DNA of 32,000 nucleotides from Aliivibrio fischeri (GTDB lineage Bacteria; Pseudomonadota; Gammaproteobacteria; Enterobacterales; Vibrionaceae), in the NCBI RefSeq assembly GCF_009727955.1, contig NZ_WOBR01000012.1:30570-62569 (forward strand), in the 5' to 3' direction. Below are positions 30,687 through 32,000 of the stretch, piece after piece. The notes beneath the pieces are model-generated. The model was not told the origin of the DNA. It made no database searches and worked only from the letters and a program-made list of their open reading frames with translations. The first letter of the stretch is position 1; the number at the start of each line of letters is the position of its first letter. The translations under genes and the position numbers were made by a program.

Positions 30687-32000
30687 TACGGTTTATTTCC
30701 TGCTTTTTTAATCGCATCCATAACGACTTTTTCATTCAAAATAACCGGAAGTTCGATACCGTTTGGCGCACTTGGGCCATAAACCACATTAAATGGCACT
30801 CCAAATCGCCCATGCTCTTGTAGGTAAGAAGTGATTTTTTCACTCGGAACCGTCCAGTCTCCCTGCATAGGTACAACATTGGCGCTGTTTAACTCGCTAT
30901 AAACCGGCTCTTGAAGCAATACTCCGATTTTGTTCGCCTTACAGGTCACACACCAATCAGCAGTAACATCAACAAAGACCACTTTTCCTTCATCCACATA
31001 TTGCTGAATAGATTCACTCGATAACGGAACCCATTTAGGCTCTTCAGGCAGTAGATCAGTTGACGTCATGCTGTCTATCACGGTGCCAAAACCAAATGCG
31101 ATAGCAAATAAGATACTTAACCAGCCTGCCGCTTTCTTACTATGAACTTGAACGGTTCGCAGCAAGATTACGCCACCCGCAATTGCTGCAATGACATAAA
31201 TCCAAAACTCTGATAGATGGTTAGAAAGTAAGTTCAGCAACCAAATGCTAGTAATGAGCATCATCGCACCAAAGAGATACTTCACCTTACTCATCCATGG
31301 GCCAGGTTTAGGTAATGAAAGAGCAATGGATGGGAAGAGGGCAACCAATATCCATGGCAAAGCCATACCAAGCGCTAACGCAGTAAAAATGCCGTACATG
31401 GTTGGGATGTTTGTTGCTAAAGCAAAAGCAACCGCAGTACCTAAGAAAGGTGCGGAGCAAGGGGTAGAAAGTAAGGTGGCAAACATACCTTGAATGAAAT
31501 GACCAAAGTACGAGTTGTTTCCTTTTGATGCGATCCAAGTGTTGGTATTTGAGGATAATCGAATTTCAAACAAGCTCAGCATATTGGCACCAAACAATGC
31601 CGTAATAAGCGTCATGACTCCAATAAACCATGCACTCTGAAATTGAATGCCCCACCCAATTGCACTGCCTGATAACTTAAGTACTACTAAGAACGAAGCC
31701 AAAAGCCAAAACGAAAAAACAATCCCACTTGCAGAGGCTAAAAACTGCAATTTAATCTGTTTTTTCTCAAGACCTTGAGCTGAAATAACACTGCTTAACT
31801 TCATTCCCAACACAGGAAAAACACAAGGCATTACGTTTAGAATCAAACCACCAAATAAAGCAAATAAGATCATTTTCAGAATAGACTGTAATCCATTGCT
31901 GCTTGTGATTATCCCATCACGAATACTTGCTGGTTGCTCTGCTATAAACTCACTGTCTTTTAAAGTAACACTGATATTTTCACCAGTTAAATCCGGCGTT
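30686..32000 (-). CDS. ScsB/DsbD-family transmembrane thiol:disulfide interchange protein (partial; continues past the right edge)
   Basis: ORF track begins at an internal Met (31873), but the frame stays open to the edge (...TPDLTGENISVTLKDSEFIAEQPASIRDGIITSSNGLQSILKMILFALFGGLILNVMPCVFPVLGMK). C-terminal thioredoxin domain FVDVTADWCVTCKANK. Confidence 0.88.
   Translation of the reverse strand, partial: TPDLTGENISVTLKDSEFIAEQPASIRDGIITSSNGLQSILKMILFALFGGLILNVMPCVFPVLGMKLSSVISAQGLEKKQIKLQFLASASGIVFSFWLLASFLVVLKLSGSAIGWGIQFQSAWFIGVMTLITALFGANMLSLFEIRLSSNTNTWIASKGNNSYFGHFIQGMFATLLSTPCSAPFLGTAVAFALATNIPTMYGIFTALALGMALPWILVALFPSIALSLPKPGPWMSKVKYLFGAMMLITSIWLLNLLSNHLSEFWIYVIAAIAGGVILLRTVQVHSKKAAGWLSILFAIAFGFGTVIDSMTSTDLLPEEPKWVPLSSESIQQYVDEGKVVFVDVTADWCVTCKANKIGVLLQEPVYSELNSANVVPMQGDWTVPSEKITSYLQEHGRFGVPFNVVYGPSAPNGIELPVILNEKVVMDAIKKAGNKP

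Overview
This 32 kb window looks like a chromosomal core region of a Vibrionaceae genome; content and gene order suggest the Aliivibrio/Vibrio group (inference from protein similarity and synteny). The minus strand of the first 11 kb carries a type II secretion (T2SS, eps/gsp) operon: gspC-D-E-F-G-H-I-J-K-L-M plus the start of gspN, which runs off the left edge. It is followed by hslR, hslO (Hsp33), pckA and an AsmA-family protein (+ strand), an EAL-HDOD protein (- strand), pldB and a Cof-type HAD phosphatase (yigL-like) (+ strand). Next come the minus-strand cluster lptM-lysA-dapF-DUF484-xerC, then cyaY (+), prlC (-), rlmJ (+), gor (+) and a minus-strand ScsB/ScsD/ScsC-like thiol-redox cluster cut off by the right edge. 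I found no CRISPR array, prophage, transposase, tRNA/rRNA or defence island, and no convincing new multi-gene system. The best second-look items are non-coding: (1) two same-orientation copies of an intergenic repeat element flanking prlC-rlmJ, one containing a perfect 7 x 7-bp tandem expansion; (2) two good sigma-32-like promoters, upstream of hslR and prlC; (3) a perfect 12-bp-arm palindrome upstream of pckA; and (4) a scsB-scsD-scsC gene order with a CPWC active site in the ScsC-like protein. Several ORF-track starts are shifted, and the small lipoprotein gene lptM is missing from the track.
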